From a virus, in the UHGV virus genome UHGV-1364441: a stretch of DNA of 64,000 nt; one strand, given 5' to 3'. Below, piece by piece: positions 38,098-48,100 of this stretch; position 1 is the first letter of the stretch; every line of letters starts with the position of its first letter. Both the position numbers and the translations under genes were made by a program. The notes beneath the pieces were generated by a model, which did not search any database, was not told the DNA's origin, and was given only the letters and a program-made list of their open reading frames with translations.

Positions 38098-38490
38098 CTA
38101 CCAGCGAGATAAGCGAACGACGTGTTTTACCTTAGCGATCCACTTACCACGTGAGTTATTAATTACGGCCTGCGCCACCTTTAAGCTGACTTCAAAATCA
38201 GCCTTACGACCATCAGAATCCACCAGCGTTGCACCGTCTATTTCCGGCAGGCTTAAATAATCCTGTTCTACCTCTAATGGCATTGACGGCTCTCTGAATG
38301 GTGTCAATTGCCGAGCTTTCCAGATAAAGCGAACTCTCAATCCCCTATAAGCCATTACCATGTAGCCTGTTATCGTGCTCTTATGGCCTGCATCAGTACG
38401 CGCAGCATTACACGATACAATCTTACAGGTGACGATATTCCACTCCACGTTGGAGACTTCGTGAATGCTTAATTTTGTTGTCTCGTACAT
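38098..38490 (-). CDS. Hypothetical protein (130 aa)
   Basis: ORF coupled to the upstream gene. Confidence 0.45.
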   Translation of the reverse strand: MYETTKLSIHEVSNVEWNIVTCKIVSCNAARTDAGHKSTITGYMVMAYRGLRVRFIWKARQLTPFREPSMPLEVEQDYLSLPEIDGATLVDSDGRKADFEVSLKVAQAVINNSRGKWIAKVKHVVRLSRW

Positions 38491-39065
38491 CAGAATGCCT
38501 CCCAGTCAGTTGCGATAATATCCACGCCAGTTGCGAACCAGTCTGTCTGCGCCTGTAAATCCCCATTCATCATTACCAGGCGAGGCATAACCATCACATC
38601 GCACCCTTCCACAATATCGAATGCCTCTTCCGGCAAGAATTCGAAGAGCTTTTCTTTGCTGCCAATGCTGCCACGGAACATCGATAAATAGCTCCCTTTA
38701 GGCCATGATGCCCGGCGGGCATCCAGCCCCTTCATCATCCAGAACATGGCGGCAGAAAAATTGATGTTCTTTTTGGCGATGAAAACATTATTGGCTTCTG
38801 TTTGCTTCAGAAACTTAATTAGCCTTGCCATCGACTCGGATAACGCTACGTATGGCTCATGATTGGCTGCGGACACGCTCACACCATGTAATCCAACACT
38901 GACTACCGTCATATCGCCGCTTTGAGCGGTTTCAATGTTGACACCTTTGCGAACTAACGAGGCATAAAGTTCCTCTCGCTTTTGTGTCCAGCGTTCCCGC
39001 TGACCGATGAAGTCACTCAATATGAGGTCTGCTTCTGCATACGCGTTATCGTTCGCCGTTAACAT
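38490..39065 (-). CDS. Hypothetical protein with DUF2829-like segment
   Basis: AAMFWMMKGLDARRASWPKGSYL resembles the DUF2829 pattern of 30192-30854. Confidence 0.4.
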   Translation of the reverse strand: MLTANDNAYAEADLILSDFIGQRERWTQKREELYASLVRKGVNIETAQSGDMTVVSVGLHGVSVSAANHEPYVALSESMARLIKFLKQTEANNVFIAKKNINFSAAMFWMMKGLDARRASWPKGSYLSMFRGSIGSKEKLFEFLPEEAFDIVEGCDVMVMPRLVMMNGDLQAQTDWFATGVDIIATDWEAF

Positions 39066-39519
39066 AACGTCTCCTTTTTACACGCGCGACCATCCCTCGG
39101 TTAAACCGATAGAGATGTCGAAACTTCGTATTAATTAAGGGTTACAGCCTGAGCGGCTATATGATGAATTGAAAGGAGTTGTGGCGGTGGTGCCTCCACC
39201 TGCCAGGTCAGCCACGCCCGGCGACGACACTTATCAGAACCGCAATTAATGAAAATGGCTTCGTCACGAGCGCATAGCCGCAATTACCACAACGGAAACG
39301 GTGCTCACGCTAATTAAACGCCTTTTCCTGTTGTGCGCCGTGCTCTTCCGGCTGTCACACCGAATCGCCAGGGTGGTGAGTCCTCGGTCCGACGATATGA
39401 ACGGGGCTTGCACATTCCGGCTACCTGGTTTGTTGCCTGAGCTAGGGGAAAAGGTAACCCCTTTAACGTCACCAGACCGCTAACGACGCATGTGCCATAC
39501 GCCGTGTTACAACCAAATA

Positions 39520-39595
39520 TGGTGGCCCCTACCGGACTTGAACCGGTGACCGTGCGATTATGAGTCGCCAGCTCTAACCACTGAGCTAAAGGGCC
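39520..39595 (-). tRNA. tRNA-Ile2 (anticodon CAU, lysidine type) or tRNA-Met-like
   Basis: Manual fold: 7-bp acceptor stem, CCA encoded, anticodon loop CUCAUAA; close to E. coli ileX; one mismatch at the base of the anticodon stem. Confidence 0.75.
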
Positions 39596-39604
39596 AGATT
39601 ACTG

Positions 39605-39733
39605 TTAATTCCGCTTACGCTTTTTGCCAGAACCGCGTAAGGCTTTTGCCGCTTGCTCGATCCCATATGCAACCACCAGCAGAAATAAAAATGTCCAACC
39701 AGGGTTCTTATCGGCAAAGGCCCAAAAATCCAT
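39605..39733 (-). CDS. Possible 42-aa membrane peptide (MDFWAFADKNPGWTFLFLLVVAYGIEQAAKALRGSGKKRKRN)
   Basis: Own translation; one TM helix plus basic tail; weak RBS. Confidence 0.25.
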   Translation of the reverse strand: MDFWAFADKNPGWTFLFLLVVAYGIEQAAKALRGSGKKRKRN

Positions 39734-40007
39734 CACTTGCAGCTACCTTTTAAGACAAAACGCCATTGCTGTTAGATTGCGGTGCCTGGTGCCTCCAGGT
39801 GACGTTAACCAGTTAACAATTAACGCCGGGATGTTTGACTTCACTATTGAGGAAAATTGTTTTAACTGTTCCGCGTGCGCTTAGCCGCATTCACCGCAAT
39901 GGTAAGAGCACTTGGCTGGCTGGGCGGCGATGACGCCTGTACGCATTTGGTGATCCGGTTCTGCTTCCGGCATTCGCTTAATTAGCCAAATACTCTTAAC
40001 GTTGCGC

Positions 40008-40094
40008 TGGCGGAGAGTAATGGAATCGAACCATCATCGCTTGCGCAATGGGACGGTTTTCAAGACCGCTTGAGCACCATGCTCCCTACTCTCC
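40008..40094 (-). tRNA. tRNA-Ser (anticodon UGA), type II with long variable arm
   Basis: Manual fold: 7-bp acceptor, 3-bp D-stem, anticodon loop CUUGAAA, variable-arm hairpin with GCAA loop, T-loop TTCGATT, CCA encoded. Confidence 0.65.
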
Positions 40095-40478
40095 GGCCGT
40101 TGTGGTGGCCGGTACTGAATCTCCGGCATACGGTGCAGCCAATTAGGACTACGGACGATCACCGCTCGCGAAAGGGAAGGTTTGCGGCCGCATTTCCCTA
40201 ACATCCAAGAAAGCTATCGCATCAGTCTGCGAATCCACCACAACGTTGAGAACACTGGTTGTCACGCTGCAACGCAACATTTATTCGTAGATTGGGATAT
40301 GACCCCGTTACGTCAGTGTTCTCAACGTTGTAGTACCGGTTACGGTTCCGGCCAGGCCTCTTCCTCAACGGGGTATTCTCCATACGGACTACCGTTTATT
40401 GGTCGTTCCTGCGGTTTATGTTGTGAAGCCAGATGCTTATCTTCTGGTTGCTTCAAAGAGCTGCACTTCATCACAACG

Positions 40479-40552
40479 GTAAGGGTACTTCGTAGGGATT
40501 CGAACCCTCTGCCAAGCACGGCGATCTCCGACGTCGCAAAATACCCTTACCT
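40479..40552 (-). other. tRNA-like fragment or structured element (T-arm-like GGGTTCGAATCCC inside a 10-bp closing stem)
   Basis: Does not fold as a canonical cloverleaf (no D or anticodon arm in register, no CCA). Confidence 0.3.
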
Positions 40553-40559
40553 GTTGTGT

Positions 40560-40635
40560 TGGTGCCGATTAACGGACTCGAACCGCTGACATCCTGCTTA
40601 CAAGGCAGGCGCTCTACCAACTGAGCTAAACCGGC
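40560..40635 (-). tRNA. tRNA-Thr (anticodon UGU)
   Basis: Manual fold: canonical cloverleaf, anticodon loop CUUGUAA, CCA encoded. Confidence 0.85.
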
Positions 40636-40637
40636 AT

Positions 40638-40714
40638 TGGCGATGGTGGGTGGATTCGAACCACCGACCGACAGCTTAGAAGGCTGCTGCTCTATCCTAC
40701 TGAGCTACACCATC
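40638..40714 (-). tRNA. tRNA-Arg (anticodon UCU)
   Basis: Manual fold: canonical cloverleaf, anticodon loop CUUCUAA, CCA encoded; 2 nt from tRNA-Thr. Confidence 0.85.
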
Positions 40715-41220
40715 ACTTGCCGGGTACGTCTCCGGCGAGGGCTTCCACCTCCGTATGCTTTTCGGCGCACCGCGCCCTGGCTGCAATTCAGTAACAGGGG
40801 ATGCATAACCCTGGCTTCCAGCGTGATAAGCGCCTTCAGCATGACGGGATATACCCGTAACCAACAAACTTTCCCATATACCATCAAACAATGGCTGTTA
40901 CGCGGGAGGGACGTAACAGGTAAGGGCGCTGACCAGAAAGACCTGACCCTTCTCATTCATCTGGTTAATCACACCAGCGCCCTTGCCTGTTATGCCTCCC
41001 CGTTCCCTAATACACAGACGGGGTCACTCTGCGGTCGATTTTTTGACGGGGGACGACTCATACCCCGTGGCGTCTGGCTTCTTAGGCCGCTACCATCATC
41101 AGATCATCGTTTGCATTTACTTTAATGGTCGGTTTCTAAACCGCCGCAAAGCCGCTAACCATGACGAAAACCCTAAAAAAGCCCACCCGAAGATGGGCAA
41201 ATACGCTACATCTCACACAA

Positions 41221-41293
41221 GAAAGAAGCCGACTGCCTGAGCTGGATTCACTTTCAAATGCCCGCAGAAAGGGAACACAAGTCGGCTTCTTTC
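41221..41293. repeat. Perfect 14-bp inverted repeat GAAAGAAGCCGACT / AGTCGGCTTCTTTC with 45-nt spacer
   Basis: Read directly in the non-coding stretch. Confidence 0.5.
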
Positions 41294-41512
41294 TTGATGC
41301 GGCACTCTCTCCGCCCGTCACCGCTCTGTCTCGGTTGTCGCGTTTGCCACGCCAGCCATAACGAGGTTTAAAGTCTTTGCACGTTTCCATCACTCGACTG
41401 CCGTCTGTGGCTGTTCGTTGCAGCGGGGGTGCCTCCCCCTGGGGATATCCCCGGCCTTACCCCATTCTTTCAAGACACAATGCAAGGCCGCATCCGCATA
41501 GGTGCATTACCG

Positions 41513-41579
41513 CAACATTAAGGAGACTTAGGGCAAAAGGTAATCGCCACAAAAAAATCCCTATGCCTCCTTAATGTTG
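41513..41579. repeat. Perfect 13-bp inverted repeat CAACATTAAGGAG / CTCCTTAATGTTG with 41-nt spacer
   Basis: Read directly; spacer contains a nested TAGGG/CCCTA pair. Confidence 0.5.
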
Positions 41580-41783
41580 AGGATGTGCATTGATGATGAT
41601 TCGATGCGGCGAGTCCCGTTACTCTCTGCCGGACCATCATCAATGAACATCTTAAAAAGACCTTCCGTGGCTCAACATGTCTTGTCGTTTACTCCGTAAA
41701 GTGCTCTCTCTGAAACCACTTTACGCACTAAACCTGCTGAACTTTGGCTTGCTCGGTGCCAAAGCAAATCCCTGTATGCATGT

Positions 41784-41805
41784 AATTTTCTAACACTTTA
41801 ATTTG
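41784..41805 (-). promoter_or_regulatory. Operator-like motif (minus strand GTGTTAGAAAATTAC)
   Basis: Instance of the recurrent motif. Confidence 0.45.
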
Positions 41806-41937
41806 TTATTTGCTGGTGGGCGAACAACAACCAATAAGTGACTATCAAGCCCAGCAAGCGAAATGTGGCAACGCTCCACCAGCAAGGAAAATTCTAAGTT
41901 AAGTTACTCTCACAATCAATATGTTCGTTTGGTGAAA

Positions 41938-41960
41938 TTAGATTTCTAACACATTATTTC
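41938..41960 (-). promoter_or_regulatory. Operator-like motif (minus strand GTGTTAGAAATCTAA) overlapping the 41954 stop
   Basis: Instance of the recurrent motif. Confidence 0.45.
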
Positions 41961-43174
41961 CCATAAAGATCTTCTACGCCCCCATTCTTCTTGTCCCATT
42001 CGTTAGCCCACACCCGGCAGGCATCAATAATTTCTTGACGACGGTCGCCCTGCATAAAGGGGATGCTTTCATGAAAACTACTTGGGATACAGGCCACGCT
42101 GAATACGGTATCAAACGCAGTCTGTTTGATAGCTTCCAACGTCTCTGGGCGCATTTTCAATTCATCGATCGGCGCATCCTTAGAGTCCATAATCCGGCGA
42201 TGCAGGCGCGGGAAATCAGTCTCCAGGTACGCCATAATTTTATCTGCCAGGCATTCGTCTATATCGGTATTCCAGTCCGTTTCGAAGCCGGGCAGGCGAT
42301 AGTAAAGCGGCGTTCCCCATACTGATGGGATCACATCCATCGTCAGCAGGCGGTTGGTTCTAATTTGTTGATGGTAATTAGCCGTCAACAGAGCTTCACC
42401 ACGCTGACCAGTCTCCGCAACCAGACCATGCGGGTACTCATGGATATAGGCAATAGCATCCACCCCGTCATACATGAGCGGGAATGTCTCTGGCCTTTGT
42501 CCCATACCACAAGCGCGGTTCAGATCATGACCAAGCTGTGAGCACTCTCGTTTCAGCGTTTCAATAATGTTCTGCGCTGCTGCTAACTTTTTACGCAGTG
42601 TGACGCCTTCGCCTTGATACTTAATGCATTGCTGATTCAGCTCTGTTAAACGCTCTTTTAGTTCCCGACGCTCTCTTTTCAGCGCACGGTTATCCTTCTC
42701 CGCAACATCCAGTCGTTTTGACAGACTGGCTGGATAGTCTTTTTTGTAACGACTCAAATCGGCTTCTGCGGATTTGCGCAGTGTGTTTGCCTGTTCAAGA
42801 CGCGCTTCCAGATTGCCGATCTCACTACGCATATTCGCGGCAAATTGATTAACAGCATTGCCAAGACTTTCAACTGTCGCTGATACGCCTGTGACTTGTG
42901 AAAAACGGATCAAGCCATCATTAACGGCTTGTTGATATTCCTCAAACTGATCCACCAGCTTGTTGTAATCAACCGTCCCTTCCTCAAGTAGCTGGTTGAT
43001 CTCCGCGACCAGGTTATCAGTAGTGGCAATGACGCTCTCATGTAGCCGTCTAGACAGGTCATCCCCCGGATTCCGCTTTTGAATAAGGGCGATCTGTGTC
43101 CGCAGCGTTTCAATCGCGGCTGAGATGATTTCCAGATTAGAAGTATCAGTTTGTTGACTCATTGCAGTTCCCAT
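41954..43174 (-). CDS. Coiled-coil hypothetical protein (406 aa)
   Basis: N-terminal coiled coil, C-terminal globular region; start could be ATG 43162. Confidence 0.5.
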   Translation of the reverse strand: MGTAMSQQTDTSNLEIISAAIETLRTQIALIQKRNPGDDLSRRLHESVIATTDNLVAEINQLLEEGTVDYNKLVDQFEEYQQAVNDGLIRFSQVTGVSATVESLGNAVNQFAANMRSEIGNLEARLEQANTLRKSAEADLSRYKKDYPASLSKRLDVAEKDNRALKRERRELKERLTELNQQCIKYQGEGVTLRKKLAAAQNIIETLKRECSQLGHDLNRACGMGQRPETFPLMYDGVDAIAYIHEYPHGLVAETGQRGEALLTANYHQQIRTNRLLTMDVIPSVWGTPLYYRLPGFETDWNTDIDECLADKIMAYLETDFPRLHRRIMDSKDAPIDELKMRPETLEAIKQTAFDTVFSVACIPSSFHESIPFMQGDRRQEIIDACRVWANEWDKKNGGVEDLYGK

Positions 43175-43183
43175 TGTTTTTGC

Positions 43184-43207
43184 AAAATTAGTTTTCTAAC
43201 ATATTTT
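43184..43207 (-). promoter_or_regulatory. Operator-like motif (minus strand ATATGTTAGAAAACTAATTT), 10-25 bp upstream of the 43174 start
   Basis: Instance of the recurrent motif. Confidence 0.5.
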
Positions 43208-43276
43208 ATTAGTATGAGAACAAGATCGAAAGATGTGATAAACAAAAAACCCGCTAATCGGCGGGTTTTTGAGCGG

Positions 43277-43591
43277 TTATTGTGTCATTGCCTGGTAGAT
43301 AAAATACACGATGCATACCGGTACGATAGCCCATTGCAGCAATGAAAGCAGCCTCATGGCTGTCATTGGAGTAACTCCGTCTACGTATTCCTTCTCTGAC
43401 ATTTTCCCTAACCAACTAACCGACAAAAGGGTCGAGTTCTCCCCCATTTCCAGCTCCCTGAGGGCTTCCCGGATTAAAGGCGCTGTTACCACCTTGCGGG
43501 CAGTGTTGAGCGTAATGCTCCGCGTCCTCCCGGCGTCATCGGCAAACGCCAGGTTCACATGATATTTTTTGCTCAATGTACAAACTCCCAA
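43277..43591 (-). CDS. Small membrane protein (104 aa)
   Basis: Hydrophobic C-terminal segment. Confidence 0.4.
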   Translation of the reverse strand: MGVCTLSKKYHVNLAFADDAGRTRSITLNTARKVVTAPLIREALRELEMGENSTLLSVSWLGKMSEKEYVDGVTPMTAMRLLSLLQWAIVPVCIVYFIYQAMTQ

Positions 43592-43773
43592 TCATCAGCG
43601 CCTGTACTTTCCGGGGTAATGTGAACCTTATCACCAGTGACAATATTCCGAGCCTCTATTGTTCCATTGCTGTGTTTCAACAACTCAACACACAATGGTT
43701 GCTGCCAGGAACGACGGCGAGCAACAACGTTAGCACCAGCAGGGATAAGTTCAGCCACGTTAAGTAAACGCAA
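43573..43773 (-). CDS. Hypothetical protein (66 aa)
   Basis: Overlaps downstream gene start. Confidence 0.35.
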   Translation of the reverse strand: MRLLNVAELIPAGANVVARRRSWQQPLCVELLKHSNGTIEARNIVTGDKVHITPESTGADDWEFVH

Positions 43774-43787
43774 AACGATTTCTCCGT

Positions 43788-44252
43788 TTAATCAAGACAA
43801 ACATATTCCGTGATAGCTTTTATGGCTTCAGCGGCACTGCGCGCCTCAAAGCAGTAGTAACCCGCTTCGGTGAGGCGAGTCATCCAGACGAGTTGTTCGG
43901 GAGTCAGGCGATTTCTCCCATGTTTCATCTCAATGCGCATTCCGTGGTATCCACCGCAAGCAAGGTCTATAGAAAGATCGGGATATCCCTTCTTTTGCCC
44001 TTCTGCCACCATCTTTATTGCCGTCCTTATGCCTCGCAGACCGCCGTTTGGAGTGGCGTGTGTATGCTCATACACATAGCGCATATTGCGATACAACCAA
44101 TCCAGGACGCGTACCTGCTCGTAATGCTCATGGTTCCTTTTTATTAGATCTGGGTTTTTCTCCAGTTCTCTGAGAGCTGCGGCATGTGGGGATGTTTCAG
44201 AATATTCACTGCGACGCCTTCTTTTTCGCGCTATTTTTTCTAACACACCCAT
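43788..44252 (-). CDS. VRR-NUC domain nuclease
   Basis: Q..V..WL ... NGG ... GYPDL ... E.K pattern. Confidence 0.6.
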   Translation of the reverse strand: MGVLEKIARKRRRRSEYSETSPHAAALRELEKNPDLIKRNHEHYEQVRVLDWLYRNMRYVYEHTHATPNGGLRGIRTAIKMVAEGQKKGYPDLSIDLACGGYHGMRIEMKHGRNRLTPEQLVWMTRLTEAGYYCFEARSAAEAIKAITEYVCLD

Positions 44253-44420
44253 TGATAGTAAATAAGCGAAATAATAACAACTGCGTTAGATTTGTAAAAC
44301 AAGAGAAATACTACTCAAGGCTGGGCTATATGCAACAGGTCGGATTTGCTTTTAGAGTAAAGAGTGACCTTAATCAACAAGGAGGGTAAATCGCATGGTA
44401 TTTACCCAACTTGTTATTTT

Positions 44421-44681
44421 TTAAATGTTTATTTTATCCGGTTCGGATATTTCTGTGATTGTCTTGTCGATTGCGATCAACCACCCTTCATAGGTTAAAT
44501 CGTCAACAAGCTCTACCAGTTTGTCTTCTGTATGAGGGAAGTATACCCAGCTCCAGCTCGCCGGGTTTTCTGCTTTTCGCAGCGTAAAAACCTTCTTGTA
44601 ACGGTGGAACTCAAGGACATACCCCTTCGATATGGAATATTCCTTTAGGTCTTCGAGCGTAAACCGACGGTTCTTTCGCAT
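44421..44681 (-). CDS. Hypothetical protein (86 aa)
   Basis: ORF adjacent to the next gene. Confidence 0.4.
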   Translation of the reverse strand: MRKNRRFTLEDLKEYSISKGYVLEFHRYKKVFTLRKAENPASWSWVYFPHTEDKLVELVDDLTYEGWLIAIDKTITEISEPDKINI

Positions 44682-44683
44682 GA

Positions 44684-45118
44684 CTACCCCATAATTCGAT
44701 ATTTCTCTATAGACTCATCGTAGCTTGTGTATACATATGGCTCTGTATCATCGGCATAAGCCGCGACTTCCAGAGCATGAACGGGATTGTATACCGCGTC
44801 ATTTTCCAGGCGATCGCTCGAATACAGATGTCCAGCTAAAACCGTAAGCGCCGGGCGACTCATTCTGTAGATCTCTGCCACATCGCTATCTACAACCTGT
44901 CCAAATGATGTGTCGCCGCGCTCCAGCAATATCGTTTTAAGCGCAGGCCACCACGGACCATAAAGGTGATAAAGCTGTGGATCTTTCTTTAGTCTTTCAA
45001 CCATCCCAGCGAGATATACTGTCAGGAACTCGTCTTCACTCCTGCCATTGAGCGCCTGCGGCAAAATTTCTTCAAGGTAAGATTCTGTCGGTTTAACTGT
45101 ATCAATTAATGTCGTCAT
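44684..45118 (-). CDS. Hypothetical protein (144 aa)
   Basis: ORF immediately downstream of the DarB-like gene. Confidence 0.45.
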   Translation of the reverse strand: MTTLIDTVKPTESYLEEILPQALNGRSEDEFLTVYLAGMVERLKKDPQLYHLYGPWWPALKTILLERGDTSFGQVVDSDVAEIYRMSRPALTVLAGHLYSSDRLENDAVYNPVHALEVAAYADDTEPYVYTSYDESIEKYRIMG

Positions 45119-45154
45119 TCAAATTCGGCCCCGGCTGGGGCCGCTCCTTATCTG

Positions 45155-48100
45155 TTAAGCCGCATCGGCGATTATTTTACGTAGTTCATCTACCGAGTAA
45201 CGAGTAGATACCATCCATGCCGGACGGTCAAAGTTCACATCAGCAACCGGGTTTGCTTCAAAATTCCAGAAACGCCCGCCAATCTTCTTAATCGCGTCCT
45301 TGGCGTTCCGTATTGTCGAGGAACCTGGCTGATCGGCAATGAGATAAACGGCACCCACATCTTCACTGACACTCCACCAGCGCCCGCGAACACGGGCTTT
45401 AGCGCGAATCGGCTTATCATTAACCACAATGATATAATCATCGTTCGCAGCTTCTTCAGCTCTGGCTTCAGCCACTGCCGCCTGCTCTTCTCTTTTGCTT
45501 TCAGCCTGCTCAAGTCTTTCTGCGATCTCTGATTCGGTGGCTCCGCCGTTTTTCAGCGATACATAGTCTTGCCACGTTGCCGATTTGAGCGCATCTGGTA
45601 ACTCATTCACATAGTCCCCGTCTTTCAAAGCTCGAGCACGGCGGACAGCCATTTCGACCAGGCGGTTAACAGAAACAGCATCAGCAAAATCGTCCTTACT
45701 AATGTGTTTTTCATCAAATGCATTGATGACAGCCCCCACCTTAATCCACTGTGCTGCTGGCGAATCCAGAGGATTATCGGCCTGAACAATGGCTAATTTC
45801 GCTCCATCGACACCATTATTAGCCAGCTGCTCCAATGCCGACCAGCCATCGGCATCGCTGAGTGATTTATATTGCTCAAACAATGCATCGCGCCAGGCCA
45901 CCAGCGCAGCTCGTGTTTTCTCAATTTTCGCCGTAATTTTCGCGGCCTTCACCTGATTAAACATCCGTTCAATGTCATCAGTGTTGCTAAAGGCTTTCAT
46001 CCTGCCCTGGAATAAACGGTATGCCACCACGGTCTTCCAGAAAGATTCCAGCCCTTCTCCGGACGGTTTACGGAACAGGCTAAGAATATCTTCAGAAGTA
46101 ACTTTATTAAGTGAGCGACCGGACAAACCACGCCCTGCCATCCAGTTTTCAAACTCCTGGGAAACATCATCCATCGTGGCCTGTGACCCCCATGCCTGCA
46201 TTCCCTGGATGTAATCATATCCATACAATGCCTGGAGGAATCCCTCGCCGTCCACGACATTCAGCGGGTTATCACTGGCTTGTATTTTTGCCACTTCACG
46301 CTTCAGCGCCTCATCGTTGCCATCAGGGTAAATCCACCGCTCAGGCGCTATATCCGATGCTCGCCCGATTTTTTGACCTATTACGCCATCATAAGCCGAT
46401 GACAGTGCAATCTGACCATCATCGGTGCGATAAGCCCAGTATTTAATAGCTGAACCACCGCCCCATACTCTACCAGGCTTCCCGGCAGTGACATTCATTA
46501 CCCCATTGCGAATAGCATCATAGAACTGATCGCGCGTAAGTGTTGTTGATAGCTGGTGGCATTGAACACCACGTGCAGCTGTTTCACGCGATTCTGCAAC
46601 TCCCTCTTCAAAGGTTACCGATTCAATTATCAGGTTAAAGGGCAAAAATAATGCCGTCCCCGGAGAACGAGAGTAACGACTAGCCACATCCAGCCAGGAT
46701 ATGCGGCACGTACACCCGCCCCTTTCCGCATCAATGGCGGTAACACGAACAATTGCTGTCGTATTGTGATTCTCATCGATGATCGCGCGATAATGGCTGC
46801 CCTTGTGCAACAAGATATTTTTCTCAGTGCGTACATACTCCTGTGGGTTCTGCAATACATCGGCATCAAGCTCCAGAACCCCGGCTTTAATCGCACGTTC
46901 CAGATCACCACGAGAACGTTTCATAACGGTGTCAGCGTCTTTAGCTCTGGTGATCGCAAAGCGTAGCTCCCGCACACGTTTTCTGTAGTCTCGCAACTGT
47001 TCCAGAACATATTTCTGCCCGTTCCTGTTCGTCCCCGCTTTAATCAGGTCGTCAAGATTGCGCTGGTAATGCTCTACCTGCTCCATCGCGCTTTTCAGTT
47101 CTGTCTCCATCATGCCGATATCTTTCCCGGCAGCATTCGCCGCTTTCAGGTAGTTATCGAGAGCATTATTGGCTTCGCGTAGGGCTTTCAGTTTCAGACG
47201 TTCTTCACGCTCTTGCGCCTGACGACTCATGATTGCACGGCGTTCTTCCGGATTTGCCGCCAGCATAATGGCGCGTTCATCTGCGTCATCCGCATCACCA
47301 TTGGCGATCTCTGACATGTCGGAGGTCATCACCATATTGATCCAGTCCTTCTTACGTTTCAGCGTATCCAGACGGAAGTCATCAAATGTGCCTTTGCCAC
47401 AATAGTAGTGAACATTGACCTTTTCTTGTGGTGAGCCTACCCGAGCGCCGCGCCCATTACGTTGGTCGATACTGGCAGGAGTCCAGGGTAGTGTCAGATG
47501 GTGGATATCGGTTGTCCCGATGTGCAAGTTAATACCTACTTCAGCCTTCTTGTTACAGATTATGATGCGCGTGCGACCTTCGTTATAGTCGGCGGCAATA
47601 CCTTCCATGCCCTCAAGGCCAGCATCATTTTTAGCTGAGAGATAATCCTCATATTGGGCAAGTTTGCTGTAGTAGGTTTCCCATGCACCTTCTTTGTATT
47701 CACCGTTTTTATTTGGCGTAGGTTCAGTCGGCTTATTCACCTTCTTCAGCTTGACGCCGCCAGCCTGGCTAACTGTCGTCGCATTGATAATGCCTATCTC
47801 CTGCTCCGGCATTTGCAGTGCACTGGCAATAATACGGCGCAGCTTCTGGTGCTGGGCTTTTTCATCAATGAAGACGATTTGTTTACCGTTCTTCAGACCT
47901 TCACGAAGGTTTTCGATCAGCGCGGCATACTTCGGCGGGATGGGGTGTGATACCTGCTGCATATCAATACCGGCAGCCGCAATGGCCTTCAGTATTTCAG
48001 CTTCCAGTTCAATGCCAGCACGTATTTCAACATGCGACGGATGTTCGCTAAAGGTGGTCTTCACTACCTTGCTGGTACGCGTACTGACCAGCCCACCAGC

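Noticed and set aside
40479-40552. Possible fifth tRNA
   Set aside because: Has a T-arm-like GGGTTCGAATCCC but a 10-bp closing stem, no D or anticodon arm in register and no CCA; kept only as a tRNA-like fragment.
40182-41574. Track ORFs 40182-40589, 40637-41125, 40705-40956, 41136-41393 and others in the tRNA/non-coding region
   Set aside because: They overlap tRNA genes and each other, mostly start with non-ATG codons, lack RBS and have Cys/Arg-rich low-complexity translations; treated as non-coding.
44370-44415. Hairpin GGGTAAAT...ATTTACCC followed by a T-run on the plus strand
   Set aside because: Terminator-like, but no plus-strand gene upstream to terminate; possibly an orphan or regulatory hairpin; not reported as a feature.
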